Source: Phyllobates terribilis
Lineage: Eukaryota
NCBI RefSeq assembly: GCF_046119375.1
Contig: NW_027362764.1
Span: 799,366,001-799,430,000, forward strand
Direction: 5' to 3'
DNA: 64,000 nt
Shown: piece by piece, positions 1 to 14,635 of the stretch
Layout of the letters: each line of letters begins with the position of its first letter
How positions within the stretch are numbered: position 1 is the stretch's first letter
Notes under the pieces: model-generated
Told to the model about the DNA's origin: nothing
Databases searched by the model: none
The model's input: only the letters and a program-made list of their open reading frames with translations
Position numbers and translations under genes: made by a program

Positions 1-1286
1 AGATCCGCCTCGCCCTCAGGAATTGCCCGACCGGGACAGCCCTAATAGTAGTTGGATGATGTGCGCTGTTGGCATGGATAAGGGAATTGGTCGACGTGGG
101 TTTCCTATAGATGTCCGTCTGGAGGCGACCATGAGTGTCCACCTCGAGACAGACATCCAGGAACTCAGTCCTGTGTGTGTCAAACTTGTACGTCAGCCTA
201 ATTCCCCACATGTTGGAATTTAGTTGCGCCATAAAACTCTCGAGCTGCTGCACCAAGCCGCACCAAAAAAACAAAATATCATCAATATAACGAAGCGAGC
301 ATAGCACATGGTCCGCGATCCCCGCGCCCTCGTCGCCAAAGATTTGCCTCTCCCATGCGCCCAGGAAGAGGTTGGCATACGAGGGCGCGCAGGCCGCCCC
401 CATGGCCGTGCTGCGCTTCTGTAAATAGATATTGTCTTTAAACAAAAAATAATTGTGTGTGAGCACAAAGTGCAGCAGCTCGAGAATTAGTTCGCATAAA
501 GGACAGCCCAGGTCGGACGCCCCAAGGAAGAGGCAGACCGCATCCAGACCAATAGTATGTTCAATGCAGGTATATAGAGTTTCGACATCTGCCGTGACGA
601 GCAAGACTCCCTCATCCAGAAGGACGCCGTCGATCCGTGTTAGGACGTCCGTGGTATCCCTGACGTATGAGGGTAATGTCTCTACGATTGGTTTCAAATA
701 ATAGTCAATAAATTTACAGACTGGTTCGCATAAACCGTTTGTGCCGGATACAATCGGACGTCCAGGCGGATCGACGGCGTCCTTGTGAATTTTGGGCAGA
801 AGGTAGAAGGTTGACACTTTTGGAAAGCGTACTGTAAATGCCTCCACTGTTTTTTTAGCTATAATATCTTCCTCACAAGCACGACTTAGAATGACCTGAA
901 GTGCGGAGGAATAGGAGCCGGTCGGATTATAGTGTAACCTAGAATAGGTATTACTATCTCGTAGATGTAGAAATACCTCTTTTTCATATTTGTTGCACGG
1001 CCAGATCACGATATTTCCCCCCTTATCCACCGGTTTGATTACAATATCATATGTTTGTAGTTGTTTTATTGCCAAATGTTGTCGTGCCGTAAGGTTATCG
1101 AACTTTCTTCTAGTAGGCAATTTTTTTAAATCTTCTGAGACAAGTTTGGCAAAGATATCAACGGCTGGGCATAGGGATGAGGGGGGAAAGTGCGTAGATC
1201 TGGGAACCGCACATTGAGGTAACCCACCTGGTTGTAAGGTTTGTTCTTGTAGGAGATCTTCTAAAGTACTAATCGCTTCCTGTTCC
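1..1286 (-). mobile_element. Penelope-like retroelement fragment (degenerate RT region)
   Basis: Manual minus-strand translation gives LVTADVETLYTCIEH (about 540-600), LTHNYFLFKDNIYLQKRSTAMGAACAPSYANLFLGAWE (about 350-465) and RYIDDIL (about 270-300). These are PLE-type RT motifs broken by frameshifts. Confidence 0.8.
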
Positions 1287-1726
1287 TGTGAACATAGCCC
1301 AAGGTGTGGAGGAGTATTTTTGTTTTTGGTTATTTATTTTACCTTATACACAAGTCTTTACCCTGGAAAGGAAGTTCCTTAACATATTTCACAGGAAAAC
1401 CGTTTGGGTTTAGTTTTTGAACGTTTTATTGTGAGCCCGTAAAAGTGGCTTAATACCTCTGACCACGTTGTTGACAGCAGTGACCTGGGGGTCAGAAATG
1501 CTTCCTGTGGTGATGCCCATGCTGTCCCCATGTCATTTGAGCACTGTCACTATCGTTTTGGGCACTTTTTAGGCTTTGTACAGACTGCCGGGGGTGCCGC
1601 TGCAAAAATGCTCGGGTCTCCCATAGACTAACATTGGGCTCGTTGCGCGGGTCGAGCACCCGAGAATCACGGCGAGCTCCGCCCGAGCTTAGAGCACCCG
1701 AGCATCTTAGTGCTCGCTCAACACTA
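1287..1726. mobile_element. Truncated hAT-family terminus, inverted copy of 8928-9345
   Basis: Ends in CGCTCAACACTA (reverse complement TAGTGTTGAGCG); the whole segment is the reverse complement of the hAT end at 8928. Confidence 0.8.
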
Positions 1727-2116
1727 GTAGGCATACAATATTATATGGGGGTATACAGTAGTATATTGAGGGTATATGGCACAGAAGTCCAGTGGGAGAG
1801 GACACTATACGGGGAAAATCCTCCAGAGAGCCCGTTATTATTCTTATTACTTATTATAACACCATTTATTCCATGGCTTTACATGTTCCAAGTGTGTAAA
1901 ATTCTCACCATCAAAATCAAGAAGTGAAGGATTTCACAGGATCAGGAGATAAATACAAGGGATCTTATTGATCCCCTGAGCACTGGATCCTCCACTATAT
2001 GGAGCGACTATAGGAGGAGCCTAATGTATACACTACTGGTGTCATATATACAGCGTATAGGACACAGCATCAGGAAGTATTCACACTGGCACCGGCTCTT
2101 ATCAGGAGGATGTGGT

Positions 2117-2132
2117 GGCTCTCAAAAGAGCC
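2117..2132 (-). promoter_or_regulatory. Histone 3' stem-loop (H2A unit A) with downstream HDE-like AAGAGC
   Basis: Minus strand GGCTCT-TTTG-AGAGCC, then ACCAC, then ATAAGAGCC. Confidence 0.9.
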
Positions 2133-2161
2133 TTTGGTTGTGGACAGATCGGCTGCAGCGC

Positions 2162-2569
<408 letters not shown>

Positions 2570-2599
2570 TCAGCAGAATGTGAGGAGCCCGCGCTGCTG

Positions 2600-2720
2600 G
2601 AGGTTTATATAAGCTGCTGCCCCGCCCTCCTCTCCTCTCATTGGACGGATCTGAAGCCGAATATGGAGATCAGACGAGAAAACACCAATTGGCTGCAGGG
2701 GAGGGACGTGTGACGTCACT
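2600..2720 (-). promoter_or_regulatory. H2A promoter: TATA, CCAAT boxes, CRE
   Basis: tttatataa 2604-2612, cattgg about 2640, ccaattgg 2685-2692, TGACGTCA 2711-2718. Conserved in unit B (about 26070-26190). Confidence 0.75.
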
Positions 2721-3007
2721 GTGGTCAGATGACTTTCTCACCCAACCGCCACTTGCCCTCATCACAGCTGCTCGCGAAAGACGTTACATTAACTCTTTCC
2801 TGCCTGTCACTATCAGGTTGTCCTTCTTGCTCTGCTTCTGCTGCCGATTACTGGCTGCTGCAGTGGGGGATGGAGGGTGAGCAGACACTGGAGACGGTCC
2901 TGCTCCCTCCCTCCTGCCCCCTCCTGTCTGTCATCTGGGCTGAGCTGATAACCGCAGTGTGTGTACCGCTGCTTGATAAATCACCAATACTATTCACAGT
3001 CTAGCAT

Positions 3008-6000
3008 TGCGTCATCATCATCAGCAGCCCTCCATCCTCTGCACTGCGTCATCAGCAGCAGCCCTCCATCCTCTGCACTGCGTCATCATCATCAGCAGCC
3101 CTCCATCCTCTGCACTGCGCCATCATCATCATCAGCGCTCCATCCTCTGCACTGCGTCATCAGCAGCAGCAGCCCTCCATCCTCTGCACTGCGCCATCAT
3201 CATCAGCAGCCCTCCATCCTCTGCACTGCGCCATCATCATCAGCAGCGCTCCATCCTCTGCACTGCGTCATCAGCAGCAGCAGCGCTCCATCCTCTGCAC
3301 TGCCCATCATCAGCAGCCCTCCATCCTCTGCACTGCGCCATCATCATCAGCAGCGCTCCATCCTCTGTACTGCCCATCATCAGCAGCTCTCCATCCTCTG
3401 CACTGAGTCATCATCATCAGCGCTCCATCCTCTGCACTGCGTCATCATCAGCGCTCCATCCTCTGCACTGCGTCATCAGCAGCAGCAGCTCTCCATCCTC
3501 TGCACTGCGCCATCATCATCAGCAGCGCTCCATCCTCTGCACTGCCCATCAGCAGCAGCGCTCCATCCTCTGCACTGCGTCATCAGCAGCAGCAGCGCTC
3601 CATCCTCTGCACTGCCCATCATCAGCAGCCCTCCATCCTCTGCACTGTGCCATCATCATCAGCAGCGCTCCATCCTCTGCACTGCCCATCATCAGCAGCT
3701 CTCCATCCTCTGCACTGCGTCATCAACAGCAGCGCTCCATCCTCTGCACTGCGCCATCAGCAGCGCTCCATCCTCTGCACTGCGTCATCAGCAGCAGCAG
3801 CGCTCCATCCTCTGCACTGCCCATCATCAACAGCTCTCCATCCTCTGCACTGCACTATCAACAGCAGTGCTCCATCCTCTGCACTGCGCCATCATCAGCA
3901 GCGCTCCATCCTCTGCACTGCGTCATCAACAGCAGCGCTCCATCCTCTGCACTGCGCCATCATCAGCAGCGCTCCATCCTCTGCACTGCGTCATCAGCAG
4001 CAGCAGCGCTCCATCCTCTGCACTGCCCATCATCAGCAGCCCTCCATCCTCTGCACTGTGCCATCATCATCAGCAGCGCTCCATCCTCTGCACTGCCCAT
4101 CATCAGCAGCCCTCCATCCTCTGCACTGCGCCATCATCATCAGCAGCGCTCCATCCTCTGCACTGCGTCATCATCATCAGCGCTCCATCCTCTGCACTGC
4201 GTCATCAGCAGCAGCAGCGCTCCATCCTCTGCACTGCCCATCATCAGCAGCCCTCCATCCTCTGCACTGCGCCATCATCATCAGCAGCGCTCCATCCTCT
4301 GTACTGCCCATCATCAGCAGCTCTCCATCCTCTGCACTGCGTCATCATCATCAGCGCTCCATCCTCTGCACTGCGTCATCATCAGCGCTCCATCCTCTGC
4401 ACTGCGTCATCAGCAGCAGCAGCTCTCCATCCTCTGCACTGCGCCATCATCATCAGCAGCGCTCCATCCTCTGCACTGCCCATCAGCAGCAGCGCTCCAT
4501 CCTCTGCACTGCGTCATCAGCAGCAGCAGCGCTCCATCCTCTGCACTGCCCATCATCAGCAGCCCTCCATCCTCTGCACTGTGCCATCATCAGCAGCAGC
4601 GCTCCATCCTCTGCACTGCCCATCATCAGCAGCTCTCCATCCTCTGCACTGCGTCATCAACAGCAGCGCTCCATCCTCTGCACTGCGCCATCATCAGCAG
4701 CGCTCCATCCTCTGCACTGCGTCATCAGCAGCAGCAGCGCTCCATCCTCTGCACTGCCCATCATCAACAGCTCTCCATCCTCTGCACTGCACTATCAACA
4801 GCAGTGCTCCATCCTCTGCACTGCGCCATCATCAGCAGCGCTCCATCCTCTGCACTGCGTCATCAACAGCAGCGCTCCATCCTCTGCACTGCGCCATCAT
4901 CAGCAGCGCTCCATCCTCTGCACTGCGTCATCAGCAGCAGCAGCGCTCCATCCTCTGCACTGCCCATCATCAGCAGCCCTCCATCCTCTGCACTGTGCCA
5001 TCATCATCAGCAGCGCTCCATCCTCTGCACTGCCCATCATCAGCAGCTCTCCATCCTCTGCACTGCGCCATCAGCAGCAGCGCTCCATCCTCTGCACTGC
5101 GCCATCATCAGCAGCGCTCCATCCTCTGCACTGCATCATCAACAGCAGCCCTCCATCCTCTGCACTGCGTCATCATCAGCAGCGCTCCATCCTCTGCACT
5201 GCGCCATCATTATCAGCAGCGCTCCTTCCTCTGCACTGCCCATCAGCAGCAGCGCTCCATCCTCTGCACTGCGCCATCATCAGCAGCGCTCCATCCTCTG
5301 CACTGCGTCATCAGCAGCAGCAGCGCTCCATCCTCTGCACTGCCCATCATCAGCAGCCCTCCATCCTCTGCACTGCGCCATCATCATCAGCAGCGCTCCA
5401 TCCTCTGTACTGCCCATCATCAGCAGCTCTCCATCCTCTGCACTGCGTCATCATCATCAGCGCTCCATCCTCTGCACTGCGTCATCATCAGCGCTCCATC
5501 CTCTGCACTGCGTCATCAGCAGCAGCAGCTCTCCATCCTCTGCACTGCGCCATCATCATCAGCAGCGCTCCATCCTCTGCACTGCCCATCATCAGCAGCT
5601 CTCCATCCTCTGCACTGCGCCATCATCATCAGCAGCGCTCCATCCTCTGCACTGCCCATCATCAGCAGCTCTCCATCCTCTGCACTGCGTCATCAGCAGC
5701 AGCAGCTCTCCATCCTCTGCACTGCGCCATCATCATCAGCAGCGCTCCATCCTCTGCACTGCCCATCATCAGCAGCGCTCCATCCTCTGCACTGCGTCAT
5801 CATCATCAGCGCTCCATCCTCTGCACTGCGTCATCATCAGCCCTCCATCCTCTGCACTGCGTCATCAGCAGCAGCCCTCCATCCTCTGCACTGCGCCATC
5901 ATCATCAGCAGCGCTCCATCCTCTGCACTGCCCATCATCAGCAGCTCTCCATCCTCTGCACTGCGTCATCAACAGCAGCGCTCCATCCTCTGCACTGCGC

Positions 6001-8224
6001 CATCATCAGCAGCGCTCCATCCTCTGCACTGCGTCATCAGCAGCAGCAGCGCTCCATCTTCTGCACTGCCCATCATCAGCAGCTCTCCATCCTCTGCACT
6101 GCGCCATCAACAGCAGCGCTCCATCCTCTGCACTGCGCCATCATCAGCAGCGCTCCATCCTCTGCACTGCGTCATCAACAGCAGCTCTCCATCCTCTGCA
6201 CTGCGCCATCATCAGCAGCGCTCCATCCTCTGCACTGCGTCATCAGCAGCAGCAGCGCTCCATCCTCTGCACTGCCCATCATCAGCAGCGCTCCATCCTC
6301 TGCACTGCCCATCATCAGCAGCTCTCCATCCTCTGCACTGCGCCATCAGCAGCAGCGCTCCATCCTCTGCACTGCGCCATCATCAGCAGCGCTCCATCCT
6401 CTGCACTGCATCATCAACAGCAGCCCTCCATCCTCTGCACTGCGTCATCAGCAGCAGCGCTCCATCCTCTGCACTGCGCCATCATTATCAGCAGCGCTCC
6501 ATCCTCTGCACTGCCCATCAGCAGCAGCGCTCCATCCTCTGCACTGCGCCATCAGCAGCGCTCCATCCTCTGCACTGCGTCATCAGCAGCAGCAGCGCTC
6601 CATCCTCTGCACTGCCCATCATCAGCAGCCCTCCATCCTCTGCACTGCGCCATCATCAGCAGCAGCGCTCCATCCTCTGCACTGCCCATCATCAGCAGCT
6701 CTCCATCCTCTGCACTGCGCCATCAGCAGCAACGCTCCATCCTCTGCACTGCGCCATCATCAGCAGCGCTCCATCCTCTGCACTGCATCATCAACAGCAG
6801 CCCTCCATCCTCTGCACTGCATCATCATCAGCAGCGCTCCATCCTCTGCACTGCGCCATCATCAGCAGCAGCGCTCCATCCTCTGCACTGCCCATCAGCA
6901 GCAGCGCTCCATCCTCTGCACTACGTCATCAACAGCAGCCCTCCATCCTCTGCAGTGCGTCATCAGCAGCAGCGCTCCATCCTCTGCACTGCATCATCAG
7001 CAGCAGCGCTCCATCCTCTGCACTGCACCATCATCAGCAGCGCTCCATCCTCTGCACTACGTCATCAGCAGCAGCCCTCCATCCTCTGCAGTGCGTCATC
7101 AGCAGCAGCCCTCCATCCTCTGCACTGCGCCATCATCAGCAGCCCTCCATCCTCTGCACTGCGTCATCATCAGCAGCGCTCCATCCTCTGCACTGCCCAT
7201 CATCAGCAGCGCTCCATCCTCTGCACTGCCCATCATCAGCAGCGCTCCATCCTCTGCACTGCCCATCATCATCAGCGCTTAATCCTCTGCACTGCGTCAT
7301 CAACAGCAGCGCTCCATCCTCTGCAGTGCGTCATCAGCAGCAGCGCTCCATCCTCTGCACTGCGCCATCATCAGCAGCAGCGCTCCATCCTCTGCACTGT
7401 GTCATCATCAGCAGCGCTCTATCTTCAGCACTGCGTCATCATCAGCAGCGCTGCATCCTCTACACTGTGTCAGCAGTAGCAGCGCTCCATCCTCTGCACT
7501 GCCCATCATCAGCAGCGCTCCATCCTCTGCACTGCGTCATCAGCAGCAGCGCTCCATCCTCTGCACTGCGCCATCACCATCAGCAGCGCTCCATCCTCTG
7601 TACTGCGTCATCATCAGCAGCGCTCCATCCTCTGTACTGCGTCATCATCAGCAGCGCTCCATCCTCTGCACTGCGTCATCATCAGCAGCAGCGCTCTATC
7701 CTCTACACTGTGTCAGCAGCAGCTGCGCTCCATCCTCTGCAGTGCGTCATCAGCAGCAGCGCTCCATCCTCTGCACTGCGCCGTCATCAGCAGCAGCGCT
7801 CCATCCTCTGCACTGTGTCATCATCAGCAGCAGCGCTCCATCCTCTGCACTGTGTCATCATCAGCAGCGCTCCATCTTCAGCACTGCGTCATCATCAGCA
7901 GCGCTCCATCCTCTACACTGTGTCAGCAGCAGCAACGCTCCATCCTCTGCACTGCCCATCATCAGCAGCGCTCCAGCCTCTGCAGTGCGTCATCAGCAGC
8001 AACGCTCCATCCTCTGCACTGCCCATCATCAGCAGCGCTCCAGCCTCTGCAGTGCGTCAGCAGCAGCAACGCTCCATCCTCTGCACTGCCCATCATCAGC
8101 AGCGCTCCATCCTCAGTAATGCGTCATCATCAGCAGCGCTCCATCCTCTAAACTGTGTCAGCAGCAGCAGCGCTCCATCCTCTACACTGTGTCAGCAGCA
8201 GCAGCGCTCCATCCTCTGCACTGC
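3008..8224. repeat. About 5.2-kb compound minisatellite, core CTCCATCCTCTGCACTGC plus variable (CAT)n(CAG)n linker, unit about 30-39 bp
   Basis: Directly visible tandem array, more diverged beyond about 7200. Confidence 0.97.
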
Positions 8225-8464
8225 AATCCCACTGATTCTGAGAATTTTATGCTATTGGACGGTGAAGAAAGAATAATTACATTTCTACCACTAAAATGTT
8301 GTTTTAGCCCCAAGTTTTTAATTTTTCTAAGGGCTAATAGGAACAAATGGACTTCAGTTTGTTGTAAATCTTCTCCAGAGTGCGCCAATACCCTACAGTG
8401 CAAAACTCAGAAGGGAAGGTGCGGCATATTATAGTGCAGATTTTACTGTTATGGTTTGCAGATG

Positions 8465-8927
8465 CCATGATTATTGTTTATTTTTATAGTACCATTGATT
8501 CCATGGTGCTGTACATGAGGAGGGGTTACATACAAAACACAAGTCGACACTACAATGAACAAACTAATAGTGACAGACAGGCACAGAGGGGAGAGGACCC
8601 TGCCCATGCGGCCTTACATTCTATAGGATAATGGGGAAGCAGACAGTAGGATCGGAGGTTTCGACAGCTTTGGTGTTGGTGAAGCGGTGGCTCTGGAAGT
8701 GGCGAGGTGGCAGAGGGGTCATTGCAGGCCGTAAGCTGTTCTGAAGAGGTTGGTTTTCAAGTTCCTCTTGAAAGTTCCGAATGTACGGGACAGTAGTATG
8801 TGTTGGGGCACAGAATTCTAGAGGTTGGGGGATACTCGGCAGAAGTCTTGAAGCGATTTGGTGAGGAAAATATGAGTGTGAAGGAGAGGAGCACATCTAG
8901 GGAGGACCGGAGATTATGTGTGGGAAG
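8465..8927 (-). mobile_element. Probable L2/CR1-type LINE 3' remnants
   Basis: Minus strand tail TGTACAGCACCATGGAATCAATGGTACTATAAAAATAAACAATAAT resembles amphibian L2-like 3' ends. Recognised from memory, not searched. Confidence 0.45.
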
Positions 8928-11900
8928 TAGTGTTGAGCGAGCACTAAAATGCTCGGGTGCTCGAAGCTCGGGCCGAGCTCGCCGTGATACTCGGGTGCTC
9001 GACCCGAGCAACGAGCCCAATGTTAGTCTATGGGAGACTCGAGCATTTTTGCGGCGGCACCCCCGGCAGTCTGTAGAAATGACAGTGCTCAAAAGACATG
9101 GGGACAGCATGGGCATCGCCCCAGGAAGCATTTCTGACCCCCAGGTCACTGCTGTCAACAACGTGGCCAGAGGTATTAAGCCACTTTTGCGGGCTCACAA
9201 TAAAACGTTCAAAAACTAAACTGAAACTGCTTTTCTGTGAAATATGTTAAGTAATTTCCTTTCCAGGGTAAAGACTTGTGTATAAGGTAAAATAAATAAC
9301 CAAAAACAAAAATACTCCTCCACACCTTGGGCTATGTTCACAAGTAGCATTTTTTATGCGTTTTTGCACTTTTGTATTGCTTTCAACCGTGACAAATGCA
9401 TTCACCGGGAAATGTCGTTTTAACATTTTACAACCTTATCTGGCCATGTGCTGTGTGACACATGCATAAAGTGCTGAAAAGACATGGGAACAGCATGAGG
9501 AAGACCCCAGGAAGCATCTCTGACTCCCAGGTCACTGCCTAAAAGTGTGCCCATCAGAAGTGATCCTTTCCGCATCAGAAGATGCAGACTTGCAACTATC
9601 CCCATGCAAGTCCTTGTCCCAGGGCAGTGTTCAATTGTACCTCCCCCATTCCTTGCAATGCAAGCGCAAGAATGCAGCCAACCACCCACCTACCCGCAGG
9701 TTGCAATTCCATACTGCTAGCTCCACTTGAAATGGGGCCTTTTAGTTTGGAGGAGGCTGAAGCGGGCCACTACCTCATGGCTGCTTCGGCAGCGAGGTAT
9801 CCATACTCAGTCCCCAGCCGCCCGGCGGCCGGGTGTCCACGCTCGGTCCCCAGCCGCCAGGGGGCGGCCGGGGGTCCACGCTCGGTCTCCAGCCGCCAGG
9901 AGGCGGCCGGGTGTCCATAAACGGTCCCCAGCCGCCCCTATTTCTCATTGGAACAACCCCCCACACACTTTTCTTAGCCCAGCCTGCTTTAGGGCAGCAT
10001 TGGACGAGCCCACCAGAGAACCAGACTCCTCCGGTGGGCCCTGGCTTCTCCATCAGGGGAGTTGAGAGTGCCAAGGTGAGGAGCATGATGATGATGATAG
10101 AAGTTAGCATCTGCTTTGTTTTCTTGGAATGCAAGCGCATGTATGTAGTAGCGGCTAGGCCTGAGGTGGTCAGCGTTTTGGCGCATATCCTACCTCCTCT
10201 GAGGATTGCTGGATGTTTTCCTGCTACTATCCAAGTTCTATGACTCCCGTTAAAACAAAGCTTCAGGTGATAAATGATGGATGAGGTGGTGGCAAAGGAG
10301 AAAGAGCAGGAGGAACAGGGACCATTCACATCAATATCAGGCCAGTCAACCACACATGTCTTGTAGGATATGTTTCTGTACCAAAAGGAGCGGTTCGGCT
10401 ACACAGTTATAGGGCATACAGTGAGTGCAATGCCTACCAAAAATTTCGAGGCACTCCAATGCCCCTTGGAAGTGACATGGAGGTCCGAGGATCTTAACTA
10501 AACCGTTTTTTCCATTTATAGCAACTGGGTCTCCTGTGCACTGTTGGCCTAAGCAGTGAATGGAAGGCTTTCAAAAAATTATGAGGAACTGCAATGCCCC
10601 TTGAAACACACGTGGATTACAGAGTACTAAAAACCTTGTACCCATTATTGGGGAGTGGGTCTCCCTTAGTTTTCGCATTTGCATTGAAAAGCAAAAGCTG
10701 ACTAAAATTAGGAGGAAATGCAATGCCCGTTGGAAGAAACGTGGAGGTTAGAGGTAATTAAAAACAACTTTTCAATGCCCCTCAGAAGAGCTGTGGAGTT
10801 CAGAGTGGTTTAACAAGACGGTTTTAATGCCCCTTGGAAAAGTGGTGGAGGTCACAGTAGCTTAACAAGACGCTTTTAATGCCCCTTACAAGAGCCATAC
10901 AGTACAGCATCTTAAAAACATTATTCCCATTATTGGGGAGTGGGTCTCCCGTAGTCTTTGCTTATGACTTCCAAGCAAAAGCTGCCAAAAATAAGAACGG
11001 GGGAACTTGCAATAATGGCAACACGGACAACGGTCACCCTGGTGGTATAGTGGTGGTGGAGGCTGAGGATAAGAACATAAAACAGCCGAAATAGGTGTGA
11101 AGCGGTGCATGTAAATACACCTCCTGAAATAACACAGTGGATTTGACTTTATTTTACTCTGCTGTCATTTGGTGGTGATGAGAAGTCTGGCCCAATCCAG
11201 CCCTTGTTCATTTTGATAAGGGTCAGCTTGTCAGCATTTTCAGTTGACAGGCGGATGCGCTTATCAGTTATAATTCCCCCAGCAGCACTAAAAACACGCT
11301 CCGATAACACGCTAGCGGCAGGGCAGGCCAGGACCTCCAAGGCATAGAGAGCAAGTTCATTCCAAGTGTCCAGCTTGGATACAGAATAATTAAAAGGCAC
11401 AGAGGAACCACGGAGGACGCTGGTACGGTCGGCAAGGTACTCCGTCACCATCTTTTGAAACTTTCCACTCATTGTGAGAGTACCCCGCGCCTCAGGGCCT
11501 GTAAGCTGGGCGGGTCTCAGAAAACTGTCCCAGAATATTGACAGTGTTCCCCTGCCTCTGCTCGATTGGAGTTGCATCTCTCTCGCTTGTACGCCTTGGT
11601 TGGGCAACGAACTGTGACCTCTGCCGCTAGCGTGTTCAGTTGGGAATTTTTTCTGCAGCAAGGGCCTTCTGGTACTGCCCCATTTTTGTAGACCTCTCCA
11701 CCTCAGGAATAAGAGAGTGAAAGTTCTCCTTGTAGCGGGGGTCTAAAAGTGTCACCAACCAGTAATGACTGTCACCCAACATTTTGACAACGCGAGGGTC
11801 ACGGTTAAGGCAGGGTAACAAAGTCAGCCATGCATGACAGACTGGTAATGGGCAAGACTTCCGTGTCCTCACCAAGATGACGACTGACCATGCTCTCCTC

Positions 11901-13589
11901 CTCCCCCCCCCCCCCGTCTTCAGGCCACCCACGCTGAACCGACGGTATGACAGTTGTACAGGTACTATCGTCTACAGCGCATGATAGCAGCTCCTGTTCT
12001 TCCTCCTCCTCCTCTCCCTCATTGTCCCCCAATGCACGTTGGGATGAGATGAGGCTGGGCTGTGTGTAATCGCCCACTACGGCTTCTTGATCCATCTCAT
12101 CATACTCTGGCTGCAATGCCTGCTCTTTAATTCTCTGTAGAGAGCGTTGCAAAAGACAGACAAGTGGGATGCTGACACTAATGATGGCGTCATCGCCACT
12201 CACCATCTTGGTGGACTCCTCAAAGTTTGTCAAGATGGTACATATGTCAGACATCCAGGTCCACTCCTGAGGTCTTATGTGTGGAGTCTGACCTGAATAT
12301 CGATAGCTTTGTTGCAGCTGGTACTCCACAACTGCTCTCTTCTGCTCACAAATCCTTTGCAACATGTGGAGGGTAGAGTTCCAACGTGTGGGGACATCAC
12401 ACACCAGTCGGTGTGCCGGAAGCTGCAAACGCTGCTGCAACACAGCAATAGTGGCGGAAGCTGTAGCCGACTTCCGAAAATGAGCAGACAGGCGGCGTAC
12501 TTTCACGAGCAGATCTGGCAACTCGGGGTACGATTTAAGAAACCACTGAACCACGAGGTTAAGCACATGAGCCAGGCATGGTATGTGTGTGATCTCGCCT
12601 CGCCTCAGAGCCGCCACCAGGTTACAGCCATTGTCACACACGACCATGCCTGGATGTAGGTTCAGCGGTCTCATCCACAGATCTGCCTGCTCTTTTACAG
12701 CTGTCCACAACTCACAAGCAGTGTGAGGTTTCTCACCTAAGCTTATGAGTTTCAGATCAGCCTGTTGCCGCTTGGCTGAGGCAGTACTGCAGTGCTTCCA
12801 GCTTGCAACTGATGTGGTGATATCTGAGATGGAGGCTGAACATGAGGAGGAGGAGGATGCGCAGGAGCTGTACACTGTGGGGGCAACTCTGACTGACATA
12901 GGGCCCGCAATCCTCGGTGTGGGGAGGATGTGTTCCGTCCCAAGGTCCGACTGGGTCCCGCCTTTCACTATGTTTACCCAGTGTGCCGTCAGGGAGATGT
13001 ACCGTCCCTGGCCACAAGCACTTGTCCACGTGTCTGTTGTCAGGTGGACTCTCCCAGTAACTGCGTTGTTGAGGGCACGGCAGATGCTTTGGGACACGTG
13101 CTTGTGTAGTGCGGGGATGGCACACCGGGCAAAAAAAGTACTGGGGACCGAGTACCGAGGGACGGCCACCGCCATAAGGTTGCGGAAGGATTCCGTCTCC
13201 ACCAGCCTAAAAGGCAGCATTTCCAACGCAAGCAGTCGTGAAATGTGCGAATTTAGGACTGTGGCCTGTGGGGCGTTAGCTGCCAATTTGCGCTTTCGTT
13301 CAAAGCTCTGGGATATGGACAATTCAACCCTGCGGTGGGACGTGGACATGGACGTTGATGCTGTTTCTTGAGAAACTGCCATAACAAGTGAAGACTGAGA
13401 GGAGGGGGCATCTTTACATGCAGTATGGACAGGGGATTGCCTTGCACACACAACAGGGGGCTCTATTGCATGCACAACAGCGGAAGAAGCAGTGGTGACA
13501 CCCGCTGACACTGGTCGTGGACCCTGGGGTTCGTCCCACAAAGTCGGGTGCTTTGCTGCCATGTGCCTGATCATGCTGGTGGTGGTCAG
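8928..13589 (-). mobile_element. hAT DNA transposon, 5'-truncated
   Basis: Terminus TAGTGTTGAGCG at 8928 and transposase remnants. The other end is lost at the junction with a piggyBac-like fragment. Confidence 0.85.
11149..13589 (-). pseudogene. Frameshifted hAT transposase
   Basis: BED-finger tail TTTSMIRHMAAKHP, HLTTDTW, CLAHVLNLVV, DVPTRWNST and dimerisation motif ALEVLACPAASVLSERVFS. Split over ORFs 11805-13676, 11636-11932 and 11149-11661, with a frameshift at the poly-C run near 11905. Confidence 0.9.
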
Positions 13590-14426
13590 CGATCCACCCG
13601 CGGCTGTTAACATGTTAAATGCCGCTGTCAATCTCCGACAGCGGCATTTAACGCGCACTTCCGGGTAGCGCGTCATAAGCCCCGCCCATCGGCGACCCCG
13701 TCACGTGATCGCGGGTCACCGATGGGTGGGCATGACAACCCAGGGTCTACAGCAGACGCCTGTGGTTGTCATGATCTGGTCGCTATGAGCGCCACCTAGT
13801 GGTCGGCGCTCATAGCACAGGACCATTTCTGCTGCATGCAGGGGATCTGCTCGTCCCCTGCATGTAGCAGAGCCGATCGGATAAATATAAAATGCAATAA
13901 CGGGCGATCAAAACATCGGATTTACCACAAAATGTTATCAATAAAAATGTCGGCCCAGCGCGCAAAAAATAAGCCCTCACCCGGCCCCAGATCCCGAAAA
14001 ATGGAGACGCTACATGTCTCAGAAAATGGCGCTATTTTTTTTGTACCAAATTTTGGATTTTTTTTTCACCACTTACATATAAAAGAACCTATACATGTTT
14101 GGTGTCTACGAACTCGTAATGACCTGGAGAATAAGAATGGCAGCTCAGTTTCAGCATTCAGTGAACGTGGTAAAAAAATAAATAAAAAACAACTGTGGTA
14201 TTGCACTTTTTTTGCAATATTACCGCACTTGGAACTTTTTTCCCGTTTTCCCGTATATGATATGGTAAAACTAGTAATGGCGTTGAATAGTACAACTCGT
14301 CCCACAAAAAATAAGCCCTCACATGGCTATATTGCCCAAAAAATAAAAACGCTATGGCTCTGGGAACAAGAGGAGCAAAAAACGAAAAAGCAAAAACGGA
14401 AAAAGCTCTGGTCCTTAAGGGGTTAA
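13590..14426. mobile_element. One end of a non-autonomous piggyBac-like (TTAA) element
   Basis: Ends CCTTAAGGGG-TTAA at 14426, the same terminus type as the element at 57920-61581. Confidence 0.7.
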
Positions 14427-14635
14427 AAAAATTGCAGACTCTGGAAGACCTACCGCTTGTACTGGCAACGTCCCTCGTGTTGGTGTTACGGGGAATGGTT
14501 GCCTGCCTTCTGTCTGCGGCCACCACTCTGCTTCTTCCTGCCTGTTGGGGTACTCTGCCTCCCTCCCCCTGTGTGCTGCTCTGCATGTCCTAAGCCAGGT
14601 TGGGTCAGCTACTAGATCATCCTGCTCAGTGCAGA

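Noticed and set aside
2961-8276. 1771, 1490 and 1211-aa His/Ser/Gln-rich ORFs
   Set aside because: All three frames are open only because the satellite unit lacks stop codons; no gene context.
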